Assembly (NCBI RefSeq): GCF_018977255.1
Contig: NW_024704744.1
Location: 71,486,001-71,550,000 of the forward strand
From: Callorhinchus milii
Taxonomy: Eukaryota
Reading direction: 5' to 3'
Length of the DNA stretch: 64,000 nt
The notes under the pieces are model-generated. The model had not been told where the DNA came from. It did no database searches and saw nothing but the letters and a program-made list of their open reading frames with translations. The translations under genes were made by a program, and so were the position numbers. Shown piece after piece: positions 1 through 13,038 of this stretch (the stretch's first letter is position 1; the number at the start of each line of letters is the position of its first letter).

Positions 1-846
1 ACAAAGTAATTCGGCAGATAAATTGATATATCAAACGCAAAGGATTATTGTTATTGTCCAGTGGTTTGAGATGTTTTGACATGAGGCATTACCCAGATAA
101 GAATGGTCATTAGTGGACAAACATCCTACACTGTTTGTAGGATGTTGCTGTCCACAAATTGGTTACCGCATTTGCCTACATAGTCACAACACTTCACAGT
201 AAAATCCTGTGAAGCACTTTAAATGTTCAATGATGTCAAAAAGCACTGTTTCGAAAAGTTTATCAAATACATGTATTATTTAATACTAAAATAGTACATG
301 GCTATAGAACTGATAAAATTAAATTTGATACCATAATTTAAACACAGTAAACTTTTAGACCACAAGTTCACGTTGCATTTGTGTTGGTCCAGTGAGAGAT
401 CCTACCCTATCACAGGGCAATGCACGCAAGTTTCCCTTTAATAAGGCTGATGTTTCAAAAGGGAAATAGATGCAGTAAATGTACTAACAATCTAACCTTA
501 TACAGCACATTTGATGCATTTTAAAACACTAGTGGTTTGCTGTGTTTTATCTTTTTGTAGAGGAAGTGTGCATTTTTGCAAAACGCTAATTTTGTGATAG
601 ACATAATTGGTAGAATGTGGCTATTCAGGCTTATTCCATGACTGTCGATGGTATAAGTAACTGGAGTTACTTTTGTTCATTTGGTTAGCTGCTAAACTCT
701 TATTCATAATACAAAGAGCTTGTTTCATCAGTAACAATGAACTGCATTCACGATGCAACAGATACTAAACTCATGAGTTCCACAATCATGAGCTTATACC
801 AGTTCAGTTTGAAAAGCCTCTGACCCTCATAACCTATACTAATAAA

Positions 847-863
847 GTGTGTGTGTGTGTGTG
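847..863 (+). repeat. (GT)n microsatellite
   Basis: gtgtgtgtgtgtgtgtg. Confidence 0.85.
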
Positions 864-1367
864 GTGGGAGCTGGTGTGGTCTATCAGCCAAGATCTCAAT
901 ACCTGATTGACATAGAGACATGATTTATACCTCATCGGAAAGGTCTTGCATGTACGAGTGTCGTAAGCATATTTGTTTGAAGGGATCTTCTATCGTTGAT
1001 GAGATATATTAAAAAATGCTTTAATTAAGCCCCAAAATATCAGGTATGCCTGCAACAAAGTAGCTACAGAGAAAACCATGGGCATTTTTGAGGGGGGATC
1101 TCCTATAGTTATATAAAGTATAATAATGTAATATAAGGTATAATAATACTGAAATCTGCATTCCATATGGGATCCTTTGGCTGCAATGGGTACAGCTCGT
1201 GACTAATAAAATACAAACAAAAAATTAATCTGGAGAAAGTTCAACCGAGGCCCAGAAAAAAAAAGCCTGTGGCCATCAATCAATAACTAACATTCAAGAC
1301 CAGAGAGGAGAGGATGAGGGGTGGAGGGAGCAGAGGCGCTTACTCAATGGCAGATATAAGAATACCA

Positions 1368-1562
1368 ATGTGCATTTATATAGAACCTTTCGCGTAGGTC
1401 TCAAAGCATTTTGCAGAGATGGTACTTGACACTGAGTAGGGAAGGTGATAAGAGGATGGAGGTGACCATTGGCTCAGTTGAAGAGGTAGGTTTCAGGAGT
1501 TAGAGAGGGGGTGAGCTGGAAGGTTTTAGGTAGAGAATTTCAGAGGGTTGTGGCATAATGGC
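1368..1562 (-). mobile_element. Degenerate L2 3' fragment
   Basis: tgcatttatatag...ctcaaagc tail followed by purine-rich L2-like sequence. Confidence 0.6.
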
Positions 1563-2369
1563 TAAAGACTTGAGTCATCCTGAGCTAGTCAGATATGAAT
1601 TGATATTGGAAATCTTCAGGATTGTCTATTTCATTTCAGAATGCTGTACCACAAATTACATATCCAGTGTAATTTGTGAAGGTACAATTATTTATCGGCT
1701 TTGTTTTCACTGGCCAGAACTACCATTACACTGCAGAATTAAATAATTGTACCTTCTTGAAGCAAATGGTTAGCATCAGCACTGTTAGCCAGAGCTATCT
1801 GGTTTTCTGTCCTATCAGAGCCTCCTCTCACACCATCCAACGTGCACAGCAGTCACCATTTGAGCACAGACAACATTGACCCCAGGCAGGCAGGCAGGCA
1901 GGCTTCAGATAGCCCCCACTGCAGGACTGACAGCTGGGTCCAGATTTCACAGACTAAGAGGAAAAGTCCCATATTACAAGATTTGGCCATGCTCAGTGCT
2001 ACTTTCTTGTGGCTGATGTATCCCACAGAGTTAGTGCCACTAAATTAGGTGAGAGCTTTTTTTAACCAACTCCACTGATATGATGTCACATCCACGATGG
2101 ATAATAGCAATCTAATTTTGAGATAAGAGGGTAGAAAAGGAAGATCAGGAACAGGGCCAAGGGAGCAATATCAGACAGGTTCAAGGCAAAAGTAATCAGT
2201 TCATATAAACTGTTTTTATTTTTCCGAAATGTAAGAAACTTAAGTGCAGTAGTTGTACTGTCACTGGAGACCACATTGAATCCTTTGATTTAATTTATAG
2301 GGGAGAATAAATTACTATAATTAAGTCTAAGCTTTGACATGAAAATGCACTTGTATTTCTTTATTTGAG

Positions 2370-3198
2370 GCTCACAGTGCCACAGAGCAGGCTGAAGGTG
2401 TCTGAGAAGAATCAGTCCATGAAGTCAGATGAATGGGAATTCACACCTCAGAGATATGAGAGATTTGATAATCCAGACTACAGGCCATTTTACACCAGTG
2501 AGCTTGATCTTGGACCTAAATCATCAACACTGAAAAGCGCATTGGAGGTTGACTCTGAGACATGCTGTAGAGAAACAAGGGGTTATTTTAACTCAAACAA
2601 AGCAAGATCCATCATAGGTCCATCATGTCCTATTTGTCCATCTGAGACCTATGCAAAGAATTTTCCTGCAGATTATAAAACTTTCCTGAATAGAGGGGAA
2701 GGAGAGCTGGGGCATGAAGAGCAGGAAACCTCTTGCAATCCTGATGATGAAGAATCCATTCAAAACGCCTCTCTGTTAGATCAATGCTCCTTTGCATCTT
2801 CTGATTCTAGCCTTGATGTACGTTTTATGAAAACATTAAACTACATTCCTGCAAGAGACCCTGAATCGACAGGGTGTTCTCTAGTACTCACGCCCAAACA
2901 CAGTGCCGTGGAAGAAGACACTGACGCCATCCACAAGCACCTTTGTTACGAAGCAGGTCATCCTGTGTTTAATGAAGCACAAACCGAGAATTACGCCAGG
3001 AACATTATGGAAAACGTTAAGATTCCAATTTCCTTATCATTAAGTAATATCGGAAGCCCTGCACTGAAAACTGAAGGAGCTTCCCTATCACAGATTAAAG
3101 GATCAATAAATAAAAGGCTGCAGAAGACAATCACCTCATCTTCAAGATCTGAGGTCGACAACAAACAAACAACAGATGTCTGGATGGAATTGGAAAGG
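2370..3198 (+). CDS. ARHGEF33: ARHGEF33 large internal exon (C-terminal low-complexity region)
   Basis: ORF 2365-3207. Motifs EWEFTPQRYER and DDEESIQNASLLDQCSFASSDSSLDVRF resemble human ARHGEF33 (DWELEGRKHER, ENCSPASSESSLDICF; recalled). Donor AGG|gtaatt at 3198/3199. Acceptor at 2369 is tentative. Confidence 0.8.
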
Positions 3199-3384
3199 GT
3201 AATTTAATTATTTTGGCTGTCTAATTTAATCATCCAGATTTACTATTGTTAAAATGGTGAAGAAATTCCAAACCAGTTTTACTGATATATTGATAACTAT
3301 ATAAATTTTGGTCAAATTTGGACCCTTTGATCGGAATATGCTTTTATCTTTTAAAAAAATTATCCTTTACGTATGGAGTGATAA

Positions 3385-3635
3385 TGTCGTTGTACCTCCA
3401 TCCTTCAACCACGCAAACCCACACCAGCCTCTCCCTTTACCCAGCAAACACCACCCTCCTTCATGTCCCTTCCCTATCCTCCCCATCATTGGCAGATGGG
3501 CTTTCCAACCATTCTGTATCCACTATCTGAAACTCCAACCTCGAGTCCCTCTGATTCCGATCTTCCCCTCATTCAACCACTCTTGAGACATTCTCCCAAC
3601 GTGAAAGCTATTATATAAATGTAATTTGTATTGCA
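3385..3635 (+). mobile_element. Degenerate L2 3' fragment
   Basis: ccccatcattggcagatgggctttc...acgtgaaagctattatataaatg tail. Confidence 0.7.
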
Positions 3636-4087
3636 TGTATTAATATTCATCTTATAGACCTCACCCAATAATAAGATGATTATCTTCTGTAAACACAATT
3701 GTCATAATAGAACATTTAAAAGATTTTTATTATTGTTTTTATTCTCAATTATATTTCAAAGAAATGTGCAGGTTTCGGTTTAATCTCTTATTTAAATAAC
3801 ATTTCTAACTCTCTTCTACTTGCCCTGTTAAACCATATATTTCAAGATACGATGCAATTATTATTATCCTTAACAAGTGTTATTTTAAAAGCACCTACAC
3901 ACAGGTGCTTTTATATATATATAAAACAAAGACAGCTGGCAGAGAGATTAAAGGAAAATGGCAGGAAAATATTATGACTCATTTTGTGACCCTACCCATA
4001 CAGTCGGTATTGGCTAAGATCAACACTTCCTGAATGGTTCACTGAGTAAACCCATGGTATTAAGGTATTGCACGTCAAGATTCAACA

Positions 4088-4848
4088 ATACTTACAACAC
4101 AAAATTACATTTATACAGGGGATTTCACGTCGGGAGGATGTCCCAAAGCGCAGGACAGTCGGGATTTGGAGCCAAGCTGGAGGTCGGGATTGGGGTGGGT
4201 GGAGGGCAGCCGAAGACTTAGTTGAAGAGGAGGTTTTGATACGCATCTTGAAGGAGGCAAGGGAGGGAGCAAGGCAAAGGGAATGCGGGATGGAGATCCA
4301 TAGGGCGGGGGCAGAAAGCTTGACTACCGGTGGTGGGATGGGCGTGGGACATGGAGCAGGACAGAGCCTGCTGAGAGGAGGGAATGGACAGGTTGATGTG
4401 GTCACCAGGTTGCAGAGATGGGGAGAGGCAAGGTGGTGGAGGGCCTTGAAGGCTAGGACAAGAATTTTACTCTATTCGCTGCATTTATATAGCGCCCCTC
4501 ACAGAGGTATAGCATCCCAGAACGTTTGACAGCGGAGCACGACGCTGAGCCAAGGGGACTGTGGGCACGGTCGAAGAGGATGGTCTTCAGGTGCAACCTG
4601 AAGACAGTGAAGGAAAGGGCTAGGTGGAGGGATGGAGGAAGAGTGTTCCAGAGTTTCAGGGAGTAGTGGCTGAAAGTGTGGGTGCCAATGTGGAAGAGAG
4701 AGCACAAGTGACCTGCAGAAGGCCAGAGCCAATCAAGTGGAGGAAGAGGGTTGTTGGTTATGCAGTCGGAGAGGTAGGGAGGTGCCAGGGATTTGAAAAC
4801 GAGTGTGAGGATCTTGAAATTGATCTATTCGACGATAGGGAGCCACAG
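4088..4848 (-). mobile_element. Two tandem L2 3' fragments (about 4088-4460 and 4470-4848)
   Basis: Two L2-type tails (at about 4110 and 4480), each followed by L2 ORF2-end sequence (LWNTLP, LKTILF). Confidence 0.85.
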
Positions 4849-5081
4849 TTCCTGCTCTCAATCATTCTGCAGTGATTAATCCTGGAACAGTGTTCATGTG
4901 TATGTTGGGTAAAGAAAGGATTGAGCTCTGATGACCGAGGATGAAAGACTCTGAATGTGAGAGTAGCTACAGCTCCCTACTTCCACACTCTTATCAGTCA
5001 ATAACAAGGCTCCTTGGAATCACCATAATGCACAACCTCACTGACGAGAAAAGGAAATGTTCTAATAGTGTGCTCTTCCAG

Positions 5082-5236
5082 GTCCAGAATTCTGGCACTG
5101 CCACATCAGCACAAATGGAAGACATGTGTAAACTCTACAAAAAGGAAGTGAATGAGCAGACAGCTTACAGTCACAGCAGAAAACAAGAACAAAAAGGAGG
5201 CTTTAGGAATTCCTTTCGGAAGTTGTTCAAGAAGAA
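5082..5236 (+). CDS. ARHGEF33: ARHGEF33 penultimate coding exon (VQNSG...QKGGFRNSFRKLFKKK)
   Basis: Acceptor ctcttccag|GTC in phase 0 with the upstream exon; donor AA|gtaag. GGFRNSFRKLFKKK matches the ARHGEF33 motif. Adjacent to SOS1 as in human. Confidence 0.88.
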
Positions 5237-5797
5237 GTAAGAAAAGTTCTGTACTGTGATCTTCTGAAACTTACGTGTGCACATGCTATTTTTTTTAATA
5301 CTTCAGACCTCAATCGTATTGCTAATCTTGCAAATATTCTAACACGATATCTTTATTAGTCCTCATTGCTATAATTGAAGAATATCCTTGTAATTTTAAT
5401 TACCTTTGCTAATGGTCATGATTATTCTTTGAATGTAGTTAGCCTTTATATAAATTGCACAAGAGGTGGAAGCTCAATCTTCATACTGATATTATGGTGA
5501 GATGAGGGGAGGTCTGATCTCTATCGTTGATTGCTTTTCTTTTTTAAAAATTGAGGCAAAACTAAACTGAGTAACCCGGGTGGTGTTCTTCCTCACATCT
5601 GCTGTCTGCAGGGCCTTGCTGTGCAGATTGGCTGCTGGCTGCCTCGTTCGTTTGTGCACAAATGCAGCCTCTGCCCCGAACAGCAGTTTGGGGATTTCTA
5701 TGTCATAGTGGTTAGCACTCTCAAGCAATAGGACCCGGGTTTAATTCCCGGGCAGCGCGAAACCTTAGGTGAGATGCGAAACCATAGCTGTGACCTT

Positions 5798-6103
5798 AAT
5801 AATATAATAATCCTTGTATTTGATATAGCACTTTCCACGTCTTCTAGACGTCTCAAAGCGCTTCACAAAATAAGATTATAAAGTGTATATTTGTGGGGAA
5901 AACGCGGCAGCCAATTGCGCACAGCAGTGTCCCACAAGCAGTCGATTGAAAATGACCAATTTATTTTTTTTTTGTTTTGGAGGGATTATTATTAGGCTCT
6001 GTGCGGAGTAAGGAAACTTGCCCAAGGTTTCGCCCTCTGCCTGGAATTAAACCCAGGTGTCTCGCTTGCAAGGCGAGTGCTCTCACAACTGAGCTACAGA
6101 ACT
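5798..6103 (-). mobile_element. tRNA-derived Deu-domain SINE with L2-like tail
   Basis: On the - strand: tRNA head, then tgtgggacactgctgtgcgcaattggctgccgcgtt Deu-like core, then gcgctttgagacgtc...gattattat tail. Confidence 0.88.
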
Positions 6104-6364
6104 CCTCAGCATGAGCAGAATAAATTTCAATGTAGATCACGCACATCTACGGCTATCTGATTCTTGTTTTCAACATAATTGTAATTGAAGCTAAATTTAA
6201 CCATGTCATTAAAACAAATGCATTATTACACATATACAGTATTTAAAGTCCTAAGGATAAACTAATATCTAATTTGCTTACAAACTCTACATAAGTTAGG
6301 CTTAAGTTTTGAAAGAGAACATGATCAGATTATATTTATTTTGATTTACTTGGACAGCATTAGA

Positions 6365-6580
6365 TAATAATCCTTGCATTTGATATAGTGCTTCTAGACA
6401 TCGCAAAGCATGCACAGAATATACTGTAAAATGAATTGACTTAATATTTGTGGATGAAACGCGGCAGCCAATTGCGCACAGCAGTGTCCCACAAACGGTC
6501 GTGGATTGAAGTGACCAATTATTGTTTTTTTTCTTGATGGATTATTATCAGGTGTGTGGAGTAAGGAAACTTGCCCAAGA
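6365..6580 (-). mobile_element. SINE, same family, head missing
   Basis: Similarity to 5798-6030. Confidence 0.82.
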
Positions 6581-6755
6581 TAAGTGTAATAGACCACCCA
6601 AGAAGGTGATGGTAACAGGCTACGTCAGTAAATTCAAGAGGGATTTGGATAGAATGAACAGAATTGATTGAAGTGTTTTCATAGGTCCTTTCCATTCCTA
6701 TGTTTCTATATGTGTAAAGAAATGGATCGCTGCTAACATCGTGACTATTTTTCAG

Positions 6756-6897
6756 ATCAAATCAAAGTTGCAGCAGTTCTGAGACAAAGCACACACCAAA
6801 TGAAAACCCTACCCAGGAAACCACAATGACTGCTGACCAAGAATTCCTTGCGAGGATTGCTCATGTGGATCATATTGACCGAGGCACTGCTGTTTAA
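6756..6897 (+). CDS. ARHGEF33: ARHGEF33 terminal coding exon (SNQSCSSSETKHTPNENP...DHIDRGTAV*)
   Basis: Branch-like tgctaac (6731) and tttttcag acceptor. Phase 2 matches the 5236 donor. Ends ...RGTAV TAA, like the recalled ARHGEF33 C-terminus (NENP...DQGTAV). Not in the ORF track. Confidence 0.82.
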
Positions 6898-8283
6898 ATT
6901 TTACATTCAAATTTTGTTTTCTACAACATCCTACAGGTTTCCAGAGAACCAGTTGTGGCTTTTAGTGGCAATTAATTTATTTATTTTGCAGATACTCAAA
7001 TTTGTTAGTCAAAGCAAGGCAGACGCTGCAAAATTAATACCTATGTTCACCTCCAATAATGTCGTGATCAGTTTATTCTGGATGGGTGAGGATTATGGAT
7101 TATATTTTTCTTTCAAGATAGATTATCCATGTTTAGTGCTCCTTTTTAACTACATGATTCTCCAGTTAGGATTTTTGTAAATGACAATCTATAAAATTAT
7201 AAATGACAATTTACAAAAATATACAGTCAATTCACTTTACATTCTGTGAAGTGCTTTGAGACGTGTCGAAGATGTGATAACCGCTATATCAAATGTACGG
7301 ATGATTATTATTATATTACTTGAGATCTAATGTTGACACTTAGGCATCCAGAAACTAGAATAAATTGTAGATATCCACGTGTTTGTTGTAAAAATTCTTG
7401 AATACTGATACTGTGTTTAAAATGCCTTTTGGTTACTCATCAATTGACAATACAGTAGAATGCCAGTCACCCACAAGCCAATCATCCACATGTCAGTCTA
7501 TCAGCAAAGGGATCAGAAGCAGAAGCATACATGGGGCCGGCCAAGAGGAACACCTCGCCCTAGTTGTGGGTGTTTATAACGTTATGTAAAATTACTGTTG
7601 ATGCAATTCACACATCTTTGCTAACTTTGCACACATACATATCTCAATGTTTGTTGTACCGAAGGTTAGATTGTTATAATACACTGTAGAGATAAAGGTC
7701 ACCAACAAAATACAGTGACTGCACTTTACAGTAAATTGTGTGAGGCACTTTGAGATATCTTCACAATGTGCAAGTCAGATTCAAGGGAGGCAGTAATTTT
7801 GTTGTTTTGTTGTGTGTGTCTATCGCTGTCTCTCTTTGTGCACGTACATGTCCTCCCTTTCTATGTACTTACTGAGATCAGATCTCTTCCACCTCGCTCT
7901 GCTCAAAAGAAAGCACAAACCAGGTTATATTGTGTGCAAGTAAAGTTCTCGCCTGTTAGGCAACAACTTCTGTATCAGAGAGACTAATTTTGTTTATGCT
8001 ATCAAACTATTATCCACTTATTCAGTTATTACCTTTATCAAATGAATGTGAATAATTCTTTATATATACACACGCATACAGTAAAGATAAAAAATGATAT
8101 AACTTTAAAGTTAATAATTGAAGTTATATAGTTTGAAGAGTCTCTGCAACCATAAGATTTCCCCAAGGGTAGATAGTTAAATAATATCCCTCTATTTAAT
8201 ACTTCAAAATTGTACACTTTCAACTGTCAAACTTCTAATAGTTTAGTACACAAAATAACTATTGTAAATATATATAGGTTCAA

Positions 8284-8289
8284 AATAAA
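8284..8289 (+). terminator. Probable ARHGEF33 poly(A) signal AATAAA
   Basis: Preceded by TGTAAATA (PUM-like site) and followed by a U-rich tract at about 8326-8339. Confidence 0.5.
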
Positions 8290-8294
8290 AACAA

Positions 8295-11200
8295 ACAATA
8301 GGTTTAAAAAGACTTTTAATATGCAGTTTTCTTTTTTTTATAAATTAAAAGGAAAAACAACATTTGACACCTGAAATTTATCATAACCATTTAAAGAGAA
8401 CAAAACCTAATTACATACAAAATTAGGCAAAAATAATTCCCATTGCAAAGCATTCAAGGATTTACATACCAGTTGAAAAAAATAAGACACTTAAACCTGC
8501 CTTAAAAATACCCCCCCCTCCCCCCAAAAGGAGCAATTAATCTGGTGCAATACATAAAACAACCCAAAAAATCAAGTCAGTCTAATACACTTTGGATAAA
8601 AGTTTTTAAGGCAAACCTTTTTTTTATTATTGTGTACATTTGCTGTGGCTTGTATTTTGTAAGCCATTATGCACTTGCTCCCATTCTTTCTGAATACTAC
8701 TTATTACTGTAATCAATACAAGGAAAACAAACAGCAATTATTATAATTTCAATGCAAAATGAATACTGTTATTCCTAGCATAGAATACAAAGTTCTACAG
8801 ACATGGTTGAAGTACACAGGTCATGTTAGATGTGCCAGGGGAAAAAAAAAATACCACTTTGTTCTTACATCTGGTCAGCTTCACTTAACTGTTTACATGT
8901 AATTGAAGCTAAATTTAACCATGCCATTAAAACAAATGCATTATTACATATATACACATACAATTTTACTGTCAATATGTACATTTATAGCTGAAAGGCC
9001 TGTTCTCTGGTGAATATAACTCCTTTCAAAAAAAATCTTTAAAAAAAAATCTGTTCAAAAAGAAAATGAGACTAAAAAGGCACATTTGGCGCTGCTAAAA
9101 CTGACGTGTGTGTCTGGCACAAACAGTACAGGACGCATTACTACATATTCAGTCACAATTAAATGACTTCATTTATAACCTTGACTTTCCAAACCAAGTC
9201 ACCCAGGGAGAGTCTTAGATTTTTAAGTATCAAAGGTCACCTTTACTCTTTGCTGTGACATGCTGCAGTTTACTCTTCTATGAAGGAAGGCTTGTTCAGT
9301 TTGCTACTCATTAAAAGCATTTACTCACAAACTACATTATAAAAGGCAATGTACTTTAAAGGAGACACTGTACCTTTTCCAGACATACAGTTAGATTTAA
9401 AGAAACGCATTTACACTTTTTTTTCATATCCCAAGCTCTCAAAGAATATAAAATTTAAAAATGATGGCAGTACTGTACAGAATTAAACCAGCCAATAACT
9501 CTTTGAACACAATTAAAACTATATTAAATTTGAATTTTAAAATGAACAATGTATACTTTAAACAGGCTGGTATTTACTTAAAGCAAATTGCATGGATTTA
9601 ATTTAATCCAGTCTACCTAGGCTTACAAATGGGATACAGTTTCTTTAGATCAGGTCGATGATGGGTGATGACTATGGAGTCCAGCCCATAGTTAGCTAAG
9701 CTTGCATGGTTAGGAAGTTTGGTTTTCAAGTGCTTTCTCTTAATTTCTAAATAGATCCAATTGGATGTGAAGAATGTTAACAGAACTGCACACTGGAATT
9801 GACAGTTTACAACTGGTACATATCCCTGAAAATAAAATCAACTGATCTGCAATCTCTTCCCCCAACAAACATTTTTCATTAAAATCTCCCTTTTAAGCAT
9901 TAATAAAATTAGGCTCTAAATTTAGCTTTCCGTCCATTTACTGCTCTCCATAATGGCAAAACTGTTCAATTTACACACATGCTTATAATTCACGGGTGGT
10001 TTAACATGTGTTGACAGGCTTAAAATATCAATAAACACTGCACAAGGTTAGTTGGCAAAGGAATAGGATAATTCTTAACCAAATGATGATGCATAAGAGG
10101 TTTACAAATTTATGAAACTAAAAATACTTTTTTTTGCCCAGAGATACTAAGTAAACAGCCTTAATACGACACCTTTGCGATTAAAGTATTAAAGTATTTC
10201 ATATCATGGTAACATATTTAAGACTGGTTTAACTTAGTTTTTGCCAAATATTTTTGTAAAAGAAATTGTTAAAATGTTGCCATTTTCCTTTCTTTGATTT
10301 AAAAAAAATTGAAAGATAAAAGGAAACATCAATAAGCCAAACTCTTGCTTAAAATAATTTAATGCTTATTTTGCTATTCTTGGGTCAAGATTTTGTAAAA
10401 GAAATACTAATTTGCCAGCCCTATCAATAGGTAAACTGAAACAGCATAGCCACTGATATGTCAAAGTGCTTAATGCCCTGTTGAAATGAGTTTTAGTATT
10501 ATTTGGATGACCCAAATATGCTACTGAAATATTTTGAAATAAAGCATAATAATCTACCAAAATGAACTCTATTTAGCTACAGTATGTGTAATAGTTCTAG
10601 GTGATTTATTTATTCACTGTAGTGGCAATAAACTGATTTATTTTAAAATGAGCATGCATTAAGTGTATTTGTTCAGATCACAACATGTAAGCTACTGGAA
10701 TGAAGACTTATCAAATAACCCAATTCAAAATATCAGAACATTAGGACTAATACCAAGATATGCTTTTAAAAAAAAATCAGTTCTGAGTTGATAAAAACAG
10801 CAATGGAAGGTTTGCAGTTATATCATGTGCTACATCTACCATTGCGTGCACTTTAAAAGCCTGACATTCCTGGTTCTGGGACTTGAAATGGTAGTCTATA
10901 GCATTAAAAACCAGGGAAACTGGTCAAACTTTTGTGACCTTAGGCTTTATAAGTATTTGTACTCAACAGGAGTACAACATGAAATTCATTTTGTTTCATA
11001 ACTTATATTATACTCTGAGAAGAAATGCTAATTTTGACAAAGTTATGAATGGAGCTTTCTGTTTGAAAAATCTACTCTGGACCAACAAAAAGTGATGCTG
11101 TTTTGTAAAGAGAAGGATCTGTGGGAATCAATGTCTGGAAGAACTATCATCTCTTGTTGCAACAACTCTAATTAGCTATATAGTCTTCCACACCCTCTTA

Positions 11201-12543
11201 CAAAGAGGTTGACATTTGAGGTACCGAGGCCGCTATAATGTTAATCGGGAACACAACACAAATTACTATATTTGAGAAGGTGACATTCCACTACACATTG
11301 TCTTTCATGCATTTTTCAGAGGATAATGTTGTAATGTTTCCTCCAATCTTGAATCACACTTTTATGGCTCTAAAGTCTATATTGAGCAATCCTAGATTCG
11401 ATGACTTCCCTCCCTCAAGTCCCACGAATGAATGCAACATTTTCCATTTTCACAGCACTCTAAAGGTTACTTACATTAAGCAACACAATATAGTCCTAAT
11501 ATAATTTGGGCTGTAAAGACTTGATTCTAATGCTTCTACTTAGTTTGGTTAAATCAGTGGTTGAAATTACAAAACAGTTAATCTATAGATATTAATATGC
11601 ACTATATAATTCCTTCCATTATGCCCTACAGACTAACCTGGCCCTAGGCATGTAAACATTTGCTCATCTGATTGGATGACAAGCCTAAGCTCTTACAAGG
11701 TATATCGCTTCTAAAAGTAAGGCATCTCTAATACATTTTGAATGTTGAAAACTTCAGATACTGCAAAGTTGATGCGATGGCGTAGATTATCTCGAGGCTT
11801 TACATCTTCTTTATAATAAAAGCACAGTTTAAAAGAGCAATATGTCAGAACTAACTGAAAATGTAAATATTAATATTCCACATTATGCTGCATCTGGGCT
11901 AAGTTCAGCTTGTTTACAGTGTAATAAAACCAGATCAAAATGTGTTCCCTTGTCTAATGAAGATGGGTGCTACATTTTCATTGAAGGATTTCTCCAGTAG
12001 AACTTGAGCCTCTACAAAGAACGCACCTCTTTGGTGTAGCAGGTACCCATATTCCAACACAAGTACTTCAGTTACTGTGGAGAGCAAACTTGTGTTTATT
12101 AGTCTAGGTACCGATAATGCATTTCCAGAAGTCTTTTTTTTTTGAAACACTTAAAATATTTAACCAAGGCATGATCATGTGAAACATCAAACCTCTTTAA
12201 GGTTGGAATGTGCAAAGCACTTTTGCACTAACCTCCTGTGGCTAGCTGATCCAGATTATTCCTCTTCGCTAAATATTACTTTATTACTGGCACTTAAAAC
12301 TACATCTGTATTATCAGTTACCAGTAAACTCAACATGATCCAGTTTTTAGGCACAACTGTTCAGTTTGTTTTCCATTGCTCCGATAAAAACAGAAGTCAA
12401 ATTGATGGAAACTCCACTTCAGTATTGACAAAACTCACCAGTTCAGGCATGAATATATCTTAGCCTAAAAAAAGTTTTCATTGTCCCATATTGCAATCTC
12501 AGCAATGTTCAAGAGACTGTAGTGTTTAAAAATTGCATCCAAA
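8295..12543 (-). other. SOS1: SOS1 long 3' UTR
   Basis: Repeat-poor, U-rich (on the - strand) stretch between the SOS1 stop codon and the candidate poly(A) signal. Confidence 0.55.
8315..8320 (-). terminator. Probable SOS1 poly(A) signal ATTAAA
   Basis: tttaat on the + strand. Downstream on the - strand is the GU/U-rich ttgtttgtttttattttg. Marks the end of a repeat-poor ~4.2 kb UTR-like tract. Confidence 0.45.
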
Positions 12544-13038
12544 TTAAGAGGAGTGAGCATTTTCAAGCAGAGGTGGCCCGTCTCGATGAAATGATGGATG
12601 TGTATGCTCCCTTTTGTATGTTTTTGGTGGAAGCTTTGGAATCGTTTGAGAAGTGGAGCTCTGTCTTGGTGGAACAGGTGGTCCAGCAGTGGTGGTGCCA
12701 TCCATATCTTGTGGCAAAGGAGTGGATGGAAGGTGCCTGCGAGTTCCCAGAGGAGAAGGTGTTTGAGGAGGAGGTGGAATAAAAGGTGTTGGCGAGTTAG
12801 GGAAGAAAGTGTTGGGGAGCTCGTTCTTTCTACCCAAGGGTGGAGGCTGGAGAGGTAAAGGTGAGCCTGAAAATACATCTGGAGTTCGTACAGGTTCTCG
12901 GGGTGGTAAACTGGGAGGGCTATCTGGAGGCTCTGATATGGAGGACCTGTCTGACATCGGGTACCTCGGTGAATAGACTTTTGTTGTTGGTTGACGGGGT
13001 GGAATAGCAGGTGGACTATCCAAATGTTTTGACTTGAT
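12544..13038 (-). CDS. SOS1: SOS1 last exon (human exon 23 equivalent), proline-rich Grb2 SH3-binding tail
   Basis: [15 protein letters not shown]...GPPVPPR...[11 protein letters not shown]...[14 protein letters not shown]. The C-terminus is diagnostic of SOS1 rather than SOS2. Acceptor atttcag; 495 nt. Confidence 0.97.
   Translation of the reverse strand: MKSKHLDSPPAIPPRQPTTKVYSPRYPMSDRSSISEPPDSPPSLPPREPVRTPDVFSGSPLPLQPPPLGRKNELPNTFFPNSPTPFIPPPPQTPSPLGTRRHLPSTPLPQDMDGTTTAGPPVPPRQSSTSQTIPKLPPKTYKREHTHPSFHRDGPPLLENAHSS

Noticed and set aside
1953-2048. Upstream ARHGEF33 exon (ag...ag|gtgag)
   Set aside because: Stop codons near the donor in the frames tested; no recognisable similarity.
4941-5081. 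N-terminal part of ORF 4941-5240 as a stand-alone gene
   Set aside because: A strong acceptor at 5081 in phase with the upstream exon shows this part is intronic.
12465-12878. Overlapping ORFs in other frames or strand of the SOS1 last exon
   Set aside because: Shadows of proline-rich coding sequence.
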